Assembly (NCBI GenBank): GCA_013239625.1
Contig: MU054323.1
Coordinates: 4,442,214-4,506,213 of the forward strand
Direction of reading: 5' to 3'
DNA from: Lama guanicoe
Lineage: Eukaryota
Length of the DNA: 64,000 nt
The stretch's first letter is position 1; every line of letters begins with the position of its first letter. A program made the position numbers and the translations under genes. Below the pieces are notes generated by a model. The model did not search any database and was not told the DNA's origin. It saw nothing but the letters and a program-made list of their open reading frames with translations. Shown here piece after piece: positions 39,085-52,229 of this stretch.

Positions 39085-39420
39085 GTTCACACAATGGAAT
39101 GTTAAACAGCAACGAGGATGCATGAACCACTGCTACGTGCAGTGATGTGGACAAGTCTCCTGAAATATTGTTGAACCAAAGAGGCCAGCCACAAAAGAGT
39201 ACATAACGTACAGCTCTATTTGCAAACATATGAAATGTGGTATTTAGATAAGGATGCTGTCACTGGTATAGTAGGTGCAGGTGGCACTCCAACAGTATCT
39301 TTGAGGTTCTGTGATGTGTTTTTTCCCTTTAACCAGGATTTAAAGTTTCACCAAACTCAATATTTATGATTTGGACTCTTTTTTAATGAAGGCTATATTT
39401 CAGTAAAGAGATTACCAAAG
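39085..39420 (+). mobile_element. L1M (MB/ME-type) 3' end fragment
   Basis: CACACAATGGAATGTTAAACAGCAA...GTTGAACCAAAGAGGCCAGCCACAAAAGAGTACATA. Confidence 0.7.
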
Positions 39421-42304
39421 ATTTGTCTGGAAGGAAAAGACCACACCCAGACCTCTGGTATAAGTTCCAGGGAGGCGAGCAATTTCACTGAGTGTGTGGT
39501 AAGATTTGCATACAGAGGTCTGACAAAGACTGCTTAACAACATTCTTACCTGCCACGGACACTGCCAGCCCTAGATCTACCAGCTCTCGTGGCCAACGTG
39601 ATAGGACAGCTCTCTTGGCTTGTTGCAGAGCCTCACCTTGCTCTGGGCTTATGTTCTAGAAGCTTTTTAGGGTACTTGGCAAGTGAAATAGAGAAGCATA
39701 CTTAACTGGAATATATATCACCTCTGAAATCAAAAGACACCTGGTAAACATTGTGCCTCTTATTGGTAAGAGGGGCAAGATGCAGCAACTTGTCCTCTGA
39801 TATACCCTAGATCAGTGGGCCCTGAGATTCACTGAGTTGTCAGTCACTTGAATTTCCAGGAGATGTTTCTCCTACCCTCTGGTATACATGTGCCTTCCAA
39901 AGTGTCTGCAGAAGTTGCTACTTCTGATCACCACGTCCAATCAGTGTGATGTCATCAGGTAAAACAAAACTTTTAAAATCAACCTTGTTCATGGTAGAAA
40001 GTACAGATCGTTGAAAAAAATTACATAAATTACCACTAAACCCATCACTGAGACAAGTTTATATATATATATATAATTTTTTTCAAATTTTAGTGTTTTT
40101 TTCATTTAACATATTATAACCATCTTTTGTGTGATTCTTCTCCAAAACAATTAACATTTATTTAGAGATTACTATGTATTAGACACTATATATTCACTGC
40201 CCTATTCAATTCTCTCAACTACTCTGAAGAGAGAGCTGTCAATATCTTCATTTTTCTGTATAAAGGAAATGTCTCATTCAGGTTGTAACTTGGCCCAAAG
40301 CTTTGAAACTACTAATTCTTTGTAACGTGAGAACATATTTAACTAATGTCAGAAGCTAAGTAAAAGAGCCACCTGGTCTGAGGTCAGAAACAACTACCAC
40401 TCACTCCCACCATCTTACCTGCTCCATGTGGTAACATAATAGATCTGCATGATGCACTGTAGAAAGGAAAGGCTCGTAAAGACCCTGTGGTCTAGACTGT
40501 GTCATAGGGCTGGAAAGTTCGTCCTGGGTGAAGCAGTGAAGGTATATTGCTGGTCTTGCCAGCCCAAAGTCAACTTTTTTTTGATGGTCTTTACTAAAAG
40601 TATAGAGAAAAAAATATTCATCAGATCAATTGATGCATATCAGTTTCCAGGGCATGTGTTGTTTTGCTCCAACAATGAATACATATATTCAGGTGAAGTC
40701 ATCATGTGATTAAGTTTTTAATAACCCACTGTCATTTCCTTAGATCAGCTGATCTTTTGCTTAGGCAAATTGAGTAGGAATATGGAAGGACCACCCCCCC
40801 CCGCCCCTGTATCTTTCAATCTTTGATGGGTACCACTAATGTCTACAATCTCTCAAGGAGTTTTGTATTGCATTTGGTTTACTATGTTTGATAGAAGGAA
40901 GCAGTTAGAATGTTTTCCACTTTACTTTTCCTGTAATAATAGCCCACATCCTACACATCCGGCTGTATGTGGAGATTCTACCAGATGCTGAATATGCTTG
41001 TGTCAATTATGTATGTTGAAACAGGGAAAATAAACACAGAGTGTAATTAGTGGCTCCTTGGGTCCACTGTGAGTCAGAACCCAACGAAGTTCCATTATTT
41101 ATCCTACCTTCGTAAGCCCCTTTTCTCACTAGAAGACCAAGGTGGTAATATGGGTCTCTGGGAATTCCAGTCAGTTCATAGCAGTGTCAGTAATCCCTGA
41201 AAACTGTGATTAGTTTCCCTTCCCCAGTGGATTATCACCTGGTGAATAGCTAAGCCATAGGCGCCTTTGGGAAAGGCCAGGAGGAAGATTTACAGTGTAA
41301 ACATTGGCAATATGGCAGCATCACCCCTCAAGGGCTCTCAGCTTCCCCTTCAGTCAGGAGGCTCTGTTTCGATAAATTAAGTCAAAACTGGGGATTGGTT
41401 GACAGGCCAGGACTAATTTTTTTTTGTGGTGATTCAAGTCAGACTTCTGTTCCTTAGACCCAGAGATCCTTGCTAATACAAATCAAGTAAGACTTCAAAA
41501 TAGTCTGCCTACGTTTCAGTTCTGAAGACACCATCATCAACCAACGAACACCAAAACCTGATCACTGCTTTGGCTCCGCGTCTTATTATGGTAACCTCTT
41601 CTACTTTGATTTTGACGATTAAGTGCCCTCACTTGGCTCTTGCAATTCTCGAATCCCATCACTCCCAGTGAATTCAGGGAGCCCAGTTCAATGGCAGGGG
41701 TTCCTGCTGTCAATTCTGATATACAGAAAGTAAATGCCAGTGGGTTCTTCAAGGATGCTGGGGCTGTCCTAACCAATATATTTGTCATAGCCTTGGTGAA
41801 GGGTGTGTCCTCTGGAGGACATATTAACAGGGTAGGGTGCTACATGAAAAATCCACTCTAACATTCTCATTTCCCCAAGCAAATGAATGTATCTTTTATA
41901 ATGTCAGGGAATTTTGAAGCTTCAGCTTCACTTAAGATAGGTCACTTCTGAGTCCGAATTTCAGTCAAACAACTGAGCGAGCTGGTAGGATCACTCCAGA
42001 CACTCCCGAGTTAACAGTGAATCCAGAATCTCTTTAGTAAGCCCCTATCAATAAATTTGACTCAATCCAATATTAGATCCCTTCCATTCTTACTCAACAG
42101 TCTTAAGACCCATTCTCCCACACATGGATTTGATTGATGTAAATTGTAAAAATCATGCAATTATTTGGGTGTGTGTTACCCCTCTTCACTGGTCATAGTT
42201 TGTACCTCACAATCTGTGAGTCACCTGCTAGGACTTGAGTCTGATTATTGATGAAGAAGTAATAAAAGGTGGTGAGGATATGTCCTTGGGACAGTCAGCA
42301 GCCC

Positions 42305-42726
42305 TTTTTTTTTAAATTGAATTATAGTTGACTTACAATGTTGTGTTAGTTTCTGGTGTACAGCATAGTGATTCAGTTAAACAAACATATATATAAATAT
42401 TCTTTTTCATTATAGGTTATTACAAGTTATTGAATATAGTTCCCTGTGCTGCACAGTAGGACCTTGTTTATCTATTCTGTATATAATAATTTGTATCTAC
42501 TAATCTCAAACTCCCAATTCTCTCTCCCGCTACTTTCCCCTTTTGGTAACCGTAAGTTTGTTTTCTTTGTCTGTGGGTCTGCTTTGTAAGTAAGTTCATT
42601 TGTGTCGTTTTATTTTAGGATCCACATACAAGTGATATCATATGATACTTGTCTTTCTCCGTCTGACTTACTTCACTTAGTACGATAATCCCTAGGTCCA
42701 TCCATGTTGCTGCAAATGGCATTATT
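42305..42726 (-). mobile_element. Artiodactyl-type L1 3' end inserted in ERV-L gag
   Basis: Poly(T) then TTGAATTATAGTTGACTTACAATGTTGTGTTAGTTTCTGGTGTACAGCATAGTGATTCAG...CCATCCATGTTGCTGCAAATGGCATTATT; gives the MPFAATWMDL...KDKYHMISL peptide of ORF 42615-42884. Confidence 0.9.
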
Positions 42727-43058
42727 AAGGCAGCTGTATTACAGGGGATGCATCGTAAGTGCATTAAGCAAGGGGAGACTAGCCTCCTCAGGGCACTTGG
42801 CAAACTGTAGGAATTAGTGGTCACCAGCTTCACTGAAATCACCTCGTGTGTCATCCCAATTTTCAGAACCCTTCTTATTTCCATTCAATGCCTTAAGTTT
42901 AATATGAGAGCTGGCAAAATTGAGAGATCAATTTTAATTATGATTCAACCATCTGCCGGATTAAACTTTGGGTTTGGTTTTCAGAACTCCTGAGCCTGTG
43001 GCTCTAGAATATCAAATGTTTTCCTTAAGACAGCCAAAGAAGCTTCCAGGTCCCTTGC

Positions 43059-43526
43059 TGTAGGAGTTTTCTGTTGCTACGTAACAAATTGCCACAAACT
43101 TAGCAGCCTGAAACAACCTCCATTTTATTATATCTCCCAGATCCCGCAGGTCAGGATTCCAGGTGTGGCTTAGCCGAGGCCCTGGTTTAGGGTCGCACAA
43201 AGCTGCCGTCAGGGCTTCAGTTGGAACTGGTGTCTCAGCTGAGGTGCAGGTCCTCCTCCAAGCTCACGTGTGTGCTGCAGAATCCATTTCCTTTCAGCTG
43301 TAGAGCTCATGCTGGCTTGATTCCTTAAAGCCTGCGGAAGGGGCTCCCTCCAGGCTGCTGTGAGGGGGTCTTGTGTAACATAGCGTAATTGCATTAGGAA
43401 GGGACCTGTGCATTTTCTGGGTTCTGTGGGCTGGAAGTAAGTCACAGCTCCCACCAGGACTCAATGGAAGAAGACCATACAAGGGCACAATACACTGAGG
43501 TCACCTTCAGAGGTGTCTGTCACACA
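43059..43526 (-). mobile_element. MLT1 MaLR solo LTR inserted in ERV-L gag
   Basis: TGTAGGAGTTTTCTGTTGCTACGTAACAAATTGCCACAAACTTAGCAGCCTGAAACAAC...GGAAGTAAGTCACAG. Confidence 0.85.
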
Positions 43527-43849
43527 CAGACCTTGAGCTGGGAATTTAAAGCCCCAAACTCAGCATTTTATTTCTCCAGTTCCTCTGGTGCACTGAGACC
43601 TAACCAATCAACCGTATCATGCACCTTATTTTCCCTACAGTGTTCTCTGACAGCAAACCCTTGACGACTTTCTACGGGTCCCTAATTAAAGGTGTAAATG
43701 GGTGATTAAGTAAGTAATTGTTGTGTCAATGCATGGCATGACCTAGTAGGACTAAACCAGGTCTCCTTTAGCATTGTAGGTAGGGTCAGTAACACGTTTA
43801 CCTTTCTCTTCAGGCCAGAGGATCAATTCCAGACAACCCAGAACCAATT

Positions 43850-44003
43850 CAGAGAAGCTATCATTGTAAAGAATATGGCTTCTGCTTCACGTTGGCCCTC
43901 TGAATCTTGTGGAAAATGTCTCTTGTGGCCCCCAAGAACCCAGCATCCTGCAGGGAAGCGTAGTTTTCAGTTAGCCAAGTTGTCACAATACCCACCCACT
44001 ACA
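43850..44003 (-). mobile_element. MLT2-type LTR remnant (probable 5' LTR of the ERV-L)
   Basis: Minus strand begins TGTAGTGGGTGGGTATTGTGACAACTTGGCTAACTGAAAACTAC, similar to MLT2 starts; orientation and position upstream of gag fit. Confidence 0.6.
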
Positions 44004-44529
44004 GTGGGGCACTAGTGGTTGACTAGAAGTTAGAGTTGTGCATGGAGCTGAGGTCACGTCCTCTGCTCTAGTCACTTCTGTAGCTCTTGGGCCGTGCGTC
44101 TGCCCAGATGTAGTGATGTCCCTGGGGTGATGAGATCTACTCCCTGGGGCTGTGTTCTGTGAAGAAGGCTCTTTACCAACTGCCTGGGTTCCTGCTCAGG
44201 GCTGATTTGACTTACTCAGTCAGGCTCATTCACAGGGCGCTGGGCCACCCCAGGTAAGGACATTGAGCCCATTGCCCCAAGACAGGGCTGTGGGCTATGG
44301 AGGAGGCTGCCTCAGGGGTGAGGTCATGGAGGGAAGGCTGAGCCGAGGCTTGTGATTTTGAGGTTGAGTAAGTTATTACCAATTTCTTGTTAATTTCCAG
44401 ATGAGGACCATTTTGGTTAGGTCTGCAAAAGGTGAAAAGCAAAGTAAGCATGGTGTACTCCGGACGTTCTCTACAATTAACACTATGTAAGTTGTCTATA
44501 TACTAGGGTAGAGATGATGGTGAATAATA

Positions 44530-45300
44530 ATACTAGTTACTATTTATTTAGTTCTTACCACATGCCTACTTTAGAATAGGAGCCTTTTCATATATTATCT
44601 CTGTATTTCTTTAATAGCTTTATTGAGATGTAACTCACATACCATATATTTTACCTCTTCTACATGCCTAATTCACTGGTTTCAGATATATTAACAGATA
44701 GGTGCAACCATTGCCACAGTCAATTTTAGACTCAATGTTTCATCTCTTCAAAAAGGAATTCTGGACTCTTCAGCTACTCCCCACCTCACCAGCCCTGAGC
44801 AACCAGTAATCTACTGTCTGTGTCTTTATAGTACCATTTTCTGGGTATTTCACATGCAAGGAATTATATAACAGGATATATTGTCTTTGGCTACTAGCCT
44901 CCTTTACTTAGCATCACGTTGTTAAGGTTCAGGCATGTGTAGCACTTGTTAATGCCTCATTCCTTTTCATGGAGGAATAATATTCCACCGTATGGATGTA
45001 CCACATTTTGTTTAGTCGTCCATCAGTTGATGGATATTTGGGTTGTTTCCATCTTTGACTATTATGAATAATGCTTCCATGCATATTGAGGTACAGGTTT
45101 TGTTCTCGTTTCTCTTGAAGAGATACATAGGAGTGAAAATTACTGGCTTCTGTATTTTTAACAATCCTGTGAGGTAAGCAGTACAACCTATGTTTTACTG
45201 ATAAGGAAGCTGAAGTTCAGAGGGGTTAAACCACTGCCCAATATCATGGAGCGTACAGAAGATGAGATTAAATTTCTATGCCTTTTTAAGTCCAAAGTTC
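44530..45300 (-). mobile_element. MIR split by an L1MB-type 3' end (about 44608-45150)
   Basis: MIR halves 44530-44605 and 45155-45300; L1 reads TTAATAGCTTTATTGAGATGTAACTCACATACC...TTGGGTTGTTTCCATCTTTGACTATTATGAATAATGCT; CTGTATTT on both sides is a candidate TSD. Confidence 0.8.
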
Positions 45301-47084
45301 ACGTGTCCCCCTTGTGCTTCTGTCAGGGGTGAGCACTAAAGACACAGCTAAGTCCAGGCATGCAATGAGCACCACCCCACAAGTACAGACATGCATAATT
45401 ATCAGAATAACATCAATTACGGTTTAGGACAAATATGACATCATCGTAAGCAGTTTCCCTTCCATCCTAACTCTCCTCCTTGGAACATGCACTCCAGCTA
45501 CATCCATCTCCCCTCCCTTCTACAGATTTTTTTCACAGAATGAACTCTGGCTTGTCTTTAGGGAGCAGAGTCAGAATTATCTTTCATATGGACCAGCCGT
45601 AGGGGCTGTGCAGGGGGAGGTAGAACAGCATCCCTGGCTCATCTCTCTGTGGATGCCGTCTGCATGTTTATCTCCTGACAAAGAGGCTTCCAGTAGATCA
45701 TCAGGCAGTGCGGTTCCCGGAGCCTCTGGCTTCATTTCTCAGCCTGGGCCCTCTACTGCTGTGCACACACTCAAGGTGCCGGGGCCTCATTATCCTGAAA
45801 TATTGCTCTTTAGGATTGACTGCCATCTCCCCAACTAAGACGCAGAAATCTTCCAAACTTTTATATTTTTTTAAGAGCAAGCAGTCCAAAATTGGATTAC
45901 CTTTCTACATTTTCATACAAAGTGGATTAATGTGGCCCTGTCTTTATTACATTTTCCACCCTTGTCATTTGTGATTAAGCCAACACTATGAAGATGTATT
46001 ACAGATCAGGATAAATGGGAACATTAAAATACTGGCTATATATCAGGGAGGCTCAAGGCAAGTTGATTTGTGCTGCACATACCCTCAGTGCAATACATCC
46101 AGAACATTTCACATCTCTTTGGACAGAACAATCTTTCTACCAAAAAGTGCCAAAAGTAATAGAAGTAAGAAAAAAGGGGGTGGAAAAGAAAGAAGGAAAA
46201 GTGCCAACTTGTGTCTAGGACAATGGAGGAAGGCTATGCTATGCTCCCTACAAGGATCTCAATATGGAATTTCTCATAATTCTGCTCTGAAACCAAAACC
46301 ATCGCTTGGGATCAGTGAAGCAGAAAACCATTGTCCATAAGTGAGAGTCCCAGTTCACACGAGGAAGAAGAGTGTTTATCAGGCCCCCACCTGCTGCCTG
46401 AGCTTACGTTCCATCTCTGCCAGGTCCCTCCTGCTCTGAGATTGTGTTTACGACTCAGGGTTTCTGTGAGCAGCTGGCCCTGGAGCAGTCACATCTGAAA
46501 GGCAAGGCCTCTGTCTGTACTGGTGCCGCTCATTCTAAGTCACATGAGACATGAACTCAAGGTGCCAAGGCTCTAAACATGGGAAGAAGCAGCTCTGGTC
46601 ATAGGAGGAAGGGGTAATGGCCACTGAAGTGCTGTTTCTGAGCACAGGATCATTCTATTTCTTCCCCCAAGTCTCCCACCTACAACACCTTCCTTCCTTC
46701 GCTTCAAAACTTCTTTCCCAAAGATATTTATGGGAAGACCTCTGGAGAGCGCCAGTGCCGGTGGCCACAGTTCCTTCCCACAGCATGTCGTCCAGGTTCT
46801 CCCTGGCCTGCTGTCCCCTCCCCTTCTGGTCTTCCAGCTCCTCTGGGACCTGGCAAGAAAGAGTATGTAAGCAGATCACAGCAGCTCCTCCTTATGCTGA
46901 GGACAGGATCTCATGGACATGGTCTAAACTGGGCCTATGACCCGAGGAGGGTGGTATGACTACACTGGAAAAGGTCTTCTCATTGGTGGTATTGGTGCCC
47001 CTGGAGCAAAGAAGTCACTAGGCAGCTCTGAATCAAGCAGCCTTTGTTGACAGTGAAGAGATGGCTTCTCATTTTAACCCAATC

Positions 47085-48330
47085 CTATCCAACTGTCCTA
47101 TGTGATTGCATATAGTGGAAACAAGACAGGTGAGGTCTCTGTGCTCAGGAAGTCTGTGGAGAGTCAGACAAATAATAAGAAATCAATAAATTATGTTAAT
47201 TATGAAGAAGAAAATAAAACAGGAAAATATGATGTTGTGAGTTGAAGAGACTAATTTATCAATATCAGGGAGGTGGCATTTGATGTAAGTCCCAAATAAC
47301 CAGAACCTAACTGGATCCTAAATTGATTGGGGGGTTTGGGGCAATAAGCCGATAGAGCCAGCATTCCCAAAAGAGGTGGAGTCCTTAACATCAGCTCTTG
47401 TGGGCAAGGCCAAAACCCTATTTCTAGTGCATGCTGGGAATTGTAGTTTTCCTCATGCACAAGATGCCTCTTCAGTACAGCTTGAAGGGATTAGCTGAAA
47501 GCCTGCTTGAAATGTTGGATTGAATTAGGACTTAGGTTCTTCAACTTGCTTTCCAACCGTGGATCTGAGAAGAGGCACAGAGATTCAATTATTCATTTAA
47601 CAAATGTTAAGCAAAACAGACACAGTTACTACTACATCATGGGGCCATTAGGTGGAAGAAACTGATAGTCAAAAAATGGCAGAGGTACAGTCTATACACT
47701 GTGAAGTGTTCTATAAAGGAAAATGAGATGATAATCTTGGAATATGTAACAGGGGCACTGATTATCAACCAAAATGTCTGGGAAGGTTTCCTCAAAGAAT
47801 GCAATTTGAGCTGGAAGACTAAGATTTGTGTAAGCATTAGGCAGATGCTTTGTATGGGGTGGTGACCAGGAGCCTTTCTGTAGAAGAAACAGCAAATGCG
47901 AAGATCCTGTGACCGAAGGGAAAAGGCTGTTTAAGAACCTGAAAGGAAATCTCAGCTAGAGAGGATACTGGGTGAGTCTGGTGAGCTGAGCAAGTGCCAG
48001 GATATGCAGAGTCTGGTCGGCAATCTGAGGTTAATTGATTGTTCATCCTAAGGGCGAGCAATAGGAAGTCACTGAAGAATTTTCACCTGGGAAGTCACAA
48101 GTTTATTGGCATTGTCACTCTAGGCAAGAGAAACTTAGATTTAGGAAAACCAGTTAGGAGACCATCTAAACTGCCCAGCCGGAGATCACAGACACTTGGG
48201 CCAGGAATATGGCAGCACAGGAGTGGAGAAGTGAATATACTGGTGACATGGTTAAACTCGCAGGACTTGCTAATGAGCCAGAATATAGCAAGCATGAGGG
48301 AAGACGTATCCAAGTTGATTCCTAAGTTGT
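47085..48330 (-). mobile_element. L2 fragments (about 47085-47290 and 47585-48330)
   Basis: TCTCTGTGCTCAGGAAG; GGGAAGGTTTCCTCAAAGAATGCAATTTGAGCTG; AATAGGAAGTCACTGAAGAATTTT. Confidence 0.65.
47429..47448 (-). promoter_or_regulatory. ZNF143/THAP11-type motif (AACTACAATTCCCAGCATGC)
   Basis: Plus strand GCATGCTGGGAATTGTAGTT is the exact reverse complement of the extended SBS consensus; binding not shown. Confidence 0.5.
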
Positions 48331-48368
48331 TTGTTTGTTTGTTGTTTGTTTGTTTGTTTTCTTTTTTT
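48325..48368. repeat. (TTTG)n simple repeat
   Basis: GTTGTTTGTTTGTTTGTTGTTTGTTTGTTTGTTTT. Confidence 0.9.
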
Positions 48369-48839
48369 AACCACGACTGCAAAGGTTCCTTGATAGAAAA
48401 TTAGAAGGGATAAACTTTGGTGAAAAGAGACAAGCTACACCCTCTGTCCACTAACAAATAATGACTGTGAATTTATGAATTAATCTTGCCTGGCTCAAGG
48501 ATGAGAAGAGGAGGAATGGTGGAGGTTGGGGGAAAGTCTTCATGTGACCAATGAAGAAATACCACAGACTAAGGAGAGACCAGAGGAAGATTTCCAAAAA
48601 TGATGTGTTCTAAGTTCCAGGAGAAAACTCCAGGGCACTGTTAGACATCCTTCTTAGAGTGAAAGATTATACTTTATAAAATAAGAACAAAAAACGGTTA
48701 GGAGAGAAAGAGTAGAATGATGCTTTGGAAAAGCTGCAAAATGAGATGAAAAGAGGGACAAGATGAGGAAGAATCCCAAGGGGACCAAGAACACAAGAGG
48801 GTGGTGAGGCTGTAAGAAGTAGGTAAGATGCTGCAACGA

Positions 48840-49620
48840 TTAATCTGTGACGTAGATAACAAATTCAAATGGTCCCAAAGTGCAAAATAATAAATGAATA
48901 AAAATTAGAATAATAAATGTATGATAAATACGGTGGACAGAGAATAACAACACAAGATGGGAATAATCAATAACCAAAAATATCACAGGGGAAAACAAAT
49001 CATACGTACATTTTTTTTTCTCCTGAATAAAGACCTACCCATAGACTGAAGTATCTTACAGTATTGCAGGCACGATCAGTTAAAGAAAATACTTGGACAT
49101 ATCATAACAAAAATTTGAATTGCAATGAATAGAGATAGACACTGTAACTCATAAGCATTCAGTAAGAGGAAAAAGCAGAACTAGAAATATGGAGCTATAA
49201 AGGGAAACCAGTTTCAGGGTAGCCTCAATTTTTGGCTCTGTAATAACAACTGTCAGAAGGTAGTAGATGAAAATCTATAGAATTTTGAAGGAACATTTTT
49301 GTGGTTTGAGGATATCTTACCCAGCTTCCTTGTTTTTCTCTTTTCTTTCTGTAGAAAAGCAATAGGAAAACATTTTCAGCTATAAAAATTTTCAGATCCT
49401 CTACTGGCCGAGTACACTCAGTGCACACACTCACACACACACACACACACACACGGAGGCTTGTGAAGATACAGTCTTCTGATAGATAAAGGAAGAAGCA
49501 AAAAGTCAAGAATGTAGATGCTGTGACATAAAAAGGTAGAAGAGAGAACATTTTAAAAGTGAGAATAAAATTTTTGTGACTTTAGTTATAAAACAGAATG
49601 TAAATTTAAAAAAAGTATTG
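48840..49620 (+). mobile_element. Highly decayed L1M fragments with a (CA)n at about 49423-49453
   Basis: A-rich, with L1 ORF1-like motifs (TTTTCTCCTGAATAAAGAC; CTTGGACATATCATAACAAAA). Confidence 0.4.
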
Positions 49621-50234
49621 GCCAATTAATGATTAAGAGTAAAGTTGTTATGAATTCCCAGGTCATTTACACGGGGAACAGAAGTGGAGGAAAGAACAAA
49701 ACTCCACGTTGTGAAGAGTCGGAGACTGAAAACGTTTCATTTCATCTTAACTACAATATCGAAACACATGATTGAAATGAAAGGGTTTGATTTTCTTTTT
49801 CTCGCTCCCTTTCTGGAACATAATTATTATTGCCTTCCTCCTCCATTACATTCTTCTGTTTACATCCCAAATTAAATTAGACTTTGAGGAAGTCTTGACC
49901 CATTCTGAGCTGTGCTCATCTAGATCTGAAAGGGAAAAGATATGTGAATGCAGCTGACACACTGCAAAGCCAAAGACAAGCGCAAGACTTCTATATTATT
50001 AATAAAACAAGTTGTTTTTGCATAAATTGCAGTGAAATGAGGTTCCACATTTCTTATGCTTGCTCTGATGTTGTTTTGCACCTAAAATATAAAGCTTTAT
50101 GTTTCTGCTATTATTGTTTTTAGTTTCGGTTCATTATTCCCCATTAAGTTTCTCTCATCAGACAGTGACTCCATCCCTCTTAGCTTTGCACCATCTGGAA
50201 ACTGGGCCCACAGCCACCTATGCCTTCATCTAAG

Positions 50235-50560
50235 CTAGTGTTTTGCAAACAAATTTCAGTCATTTAAGGACCAATGTCACAATTTGACACACCTTGCATC
50301 CTCACACACATGCTATAAATTTAATATTTGTCCTTCTCAGTGTATTTTTTTTACTTACATAAATTTATCTAAAAAGAACTTTATAGAATGGATTTGATGT
50401 ATAAAATATCTATATAGATAAACTATATTGGTCTGTGTACCAAATGAAACTGTCATGTGAGCCACCCATCAATAGTACAATGCCACCTTGTAGAAGCACA
50501 TTTATCCGTGTCATCTGTAGATGACATCTATAGAGTCGGGGTGTGGTTTGAGACACCACT
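50235..50560. mobile_element. hAT-Charlie-like DNA transposon remnant
   Basis: Termini AGTGTTTTGCAAAC ... TTTGAGACACCACT resemble Charlie TIRs; AT-rich interior. Confidence 0.4.
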
Positions 50561-52229
50561 TTCTGTGCTAGAGCCTGAAGCCCAGAGCCCTGGATGGGGC
50601 AGGAGGCCATAATCTGGGCACACTGACTGATATAGTCAGGGTGGATAAAAGTTCTTTCACTCAGAGGCATTTTCAGTCTTGACATATTTGCTTGGCTTTA
50701 AAAAGCCCAGATTATTTTAGGTAGTTTATTTGGCTCTTTGATTAGTATCTGACACTAAAATTACTGCAACTCAACTTATATCTGATTCCCCATTTCAACG
50801 GTCTTTTCAGAGCCTATAAATATTCTGATTCAGGTGCAAATATGTTTGGAGTACATCATCAGAATCCTTTTGCATTTTCAGCTAGAAAATTCCAGATTTA
50901 ATCATTTGTCAAATTCAGTAGTGTTTTTGACCAAAATGCATATCACTCCATGCAATTAAACAAGGATGACACATGTCTTTAATCTTTCGTACTGGCAGGG
51001 ACTTAGAAACAAGAGATTTTTTGTTTGTTTATTTTATATTCTGCCTTTTTTACCCCAAACTAATCCATTTACATTTGGCTACAAGTTAGTATCAAAGTGC
51101 ATTTCTTTAATATAATTTATTTAAAATGAATTTAACTCTTTCATAAGGGTAGCAATGATCATTTCCGATGTGGCCATCAAAATGGCAAGAGCCATTCATC
51201 TTCATTGTCCAAGGTACCATCTGATCACCAGCTGGAGTCAGGAAGAAATTTTTCTGGCCAGATAAAAAGTGTCATATAACTCACTCTAATTGGTGCCTAA
51301 TGCAGACATTTTTACCTCACTCAGATCCAGCAAGTGTGGGCTACTCTTAATGATGCTTCACTCTGTTTACCTACAGCAGTGTTTTCTGTTACATCATTGC
51401 CCCTTTCTCGGCGTATCTGCTGTCTCAGTATCTCTTTCTTACGTTACTTTTCTGCTTCATGTCTTGCCCTTTGCTCTCCCCATTTACTAATGAATTGTAT
51501 TGCGTCTGGGCTTGGGAGCTTTCAGAAGCTAGGTCTGTCCCTTCGGCCCTCTTGGTGTGCTGGCCACGCACATCCTGAGGTCATCATTTCTTCTGCGCAG
51601 CTATTCCTTCGGACATTCCCTGACGTTCTGGTTTGAATTGCGGAAGCCAGCTGCTGTTCTGACAACACTGCCAATGAGGGTATAAGGTGGGAAGTGGCGA
51701 CTTCTGTGCTCCCTAATTGGAGACAGTAGCTTAAGCCTAGTTTTCAGGGGCTTGCGTTAGAGGTCAGTTTCAGGCAACATCTTTCTGATTGGATTGATGT
51801 TTTCACGGAACGTGAAGATAAGTAGCCAAAGTTCTGTATGTTTGTCACAGAAATTTAAATCCATCTTAAGACAGACTGTCTCGTGTTTCAGTACGTGGTT
51901 TTTGTGGCACTGAGATACGTGGAATGTGGTATTTCGCAGACTACATTTCGGATACCGCTGATGGAGAGTCATGGTTAGGGTAGTCATAGTAAGAACAGAG
52001 GTGGTTAGTAGTGCTGCCAGTAGTAAAAACAGTCACATTTCACCTTTTTTGCATAGTTTCTTCAACTTCTAACGTGTTACATTTCATTCAACATCCAGTC
52101 ATCACTTACTACAAGCCGGGGATTGTGGCTGCTGAGCCCTGTGATGGATGTATTTCTGTACATCAGAAATGGCTGAATATCAGGCAGTTCCTGCGGTTCC
52201 ACAGTTTCCACTTAATTCCCACAACCAAG

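Larger units (their letters stand above)
39425..43850 (-). mobile_element. Decayed ERV-L (class III) internal region, gag and pol/RT, with stops, frameshifts and nested insertions
   Basis: Minus-strand peptide remnants matching HERV-L as recalled. Gag: ALNSQLK (about 43530-43555) and NILVRTAPASLKN...QVRALNRQNQ (ORF 41537-41788). RT: YASIDL (about 40620-40640), WQDQQYTFT (about 40535-40562), DDITLIG (39936-39956), KLLHLAP (about 39770-39795), EQGEALQQ (about 39620-39645). Confidence 0.85.
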
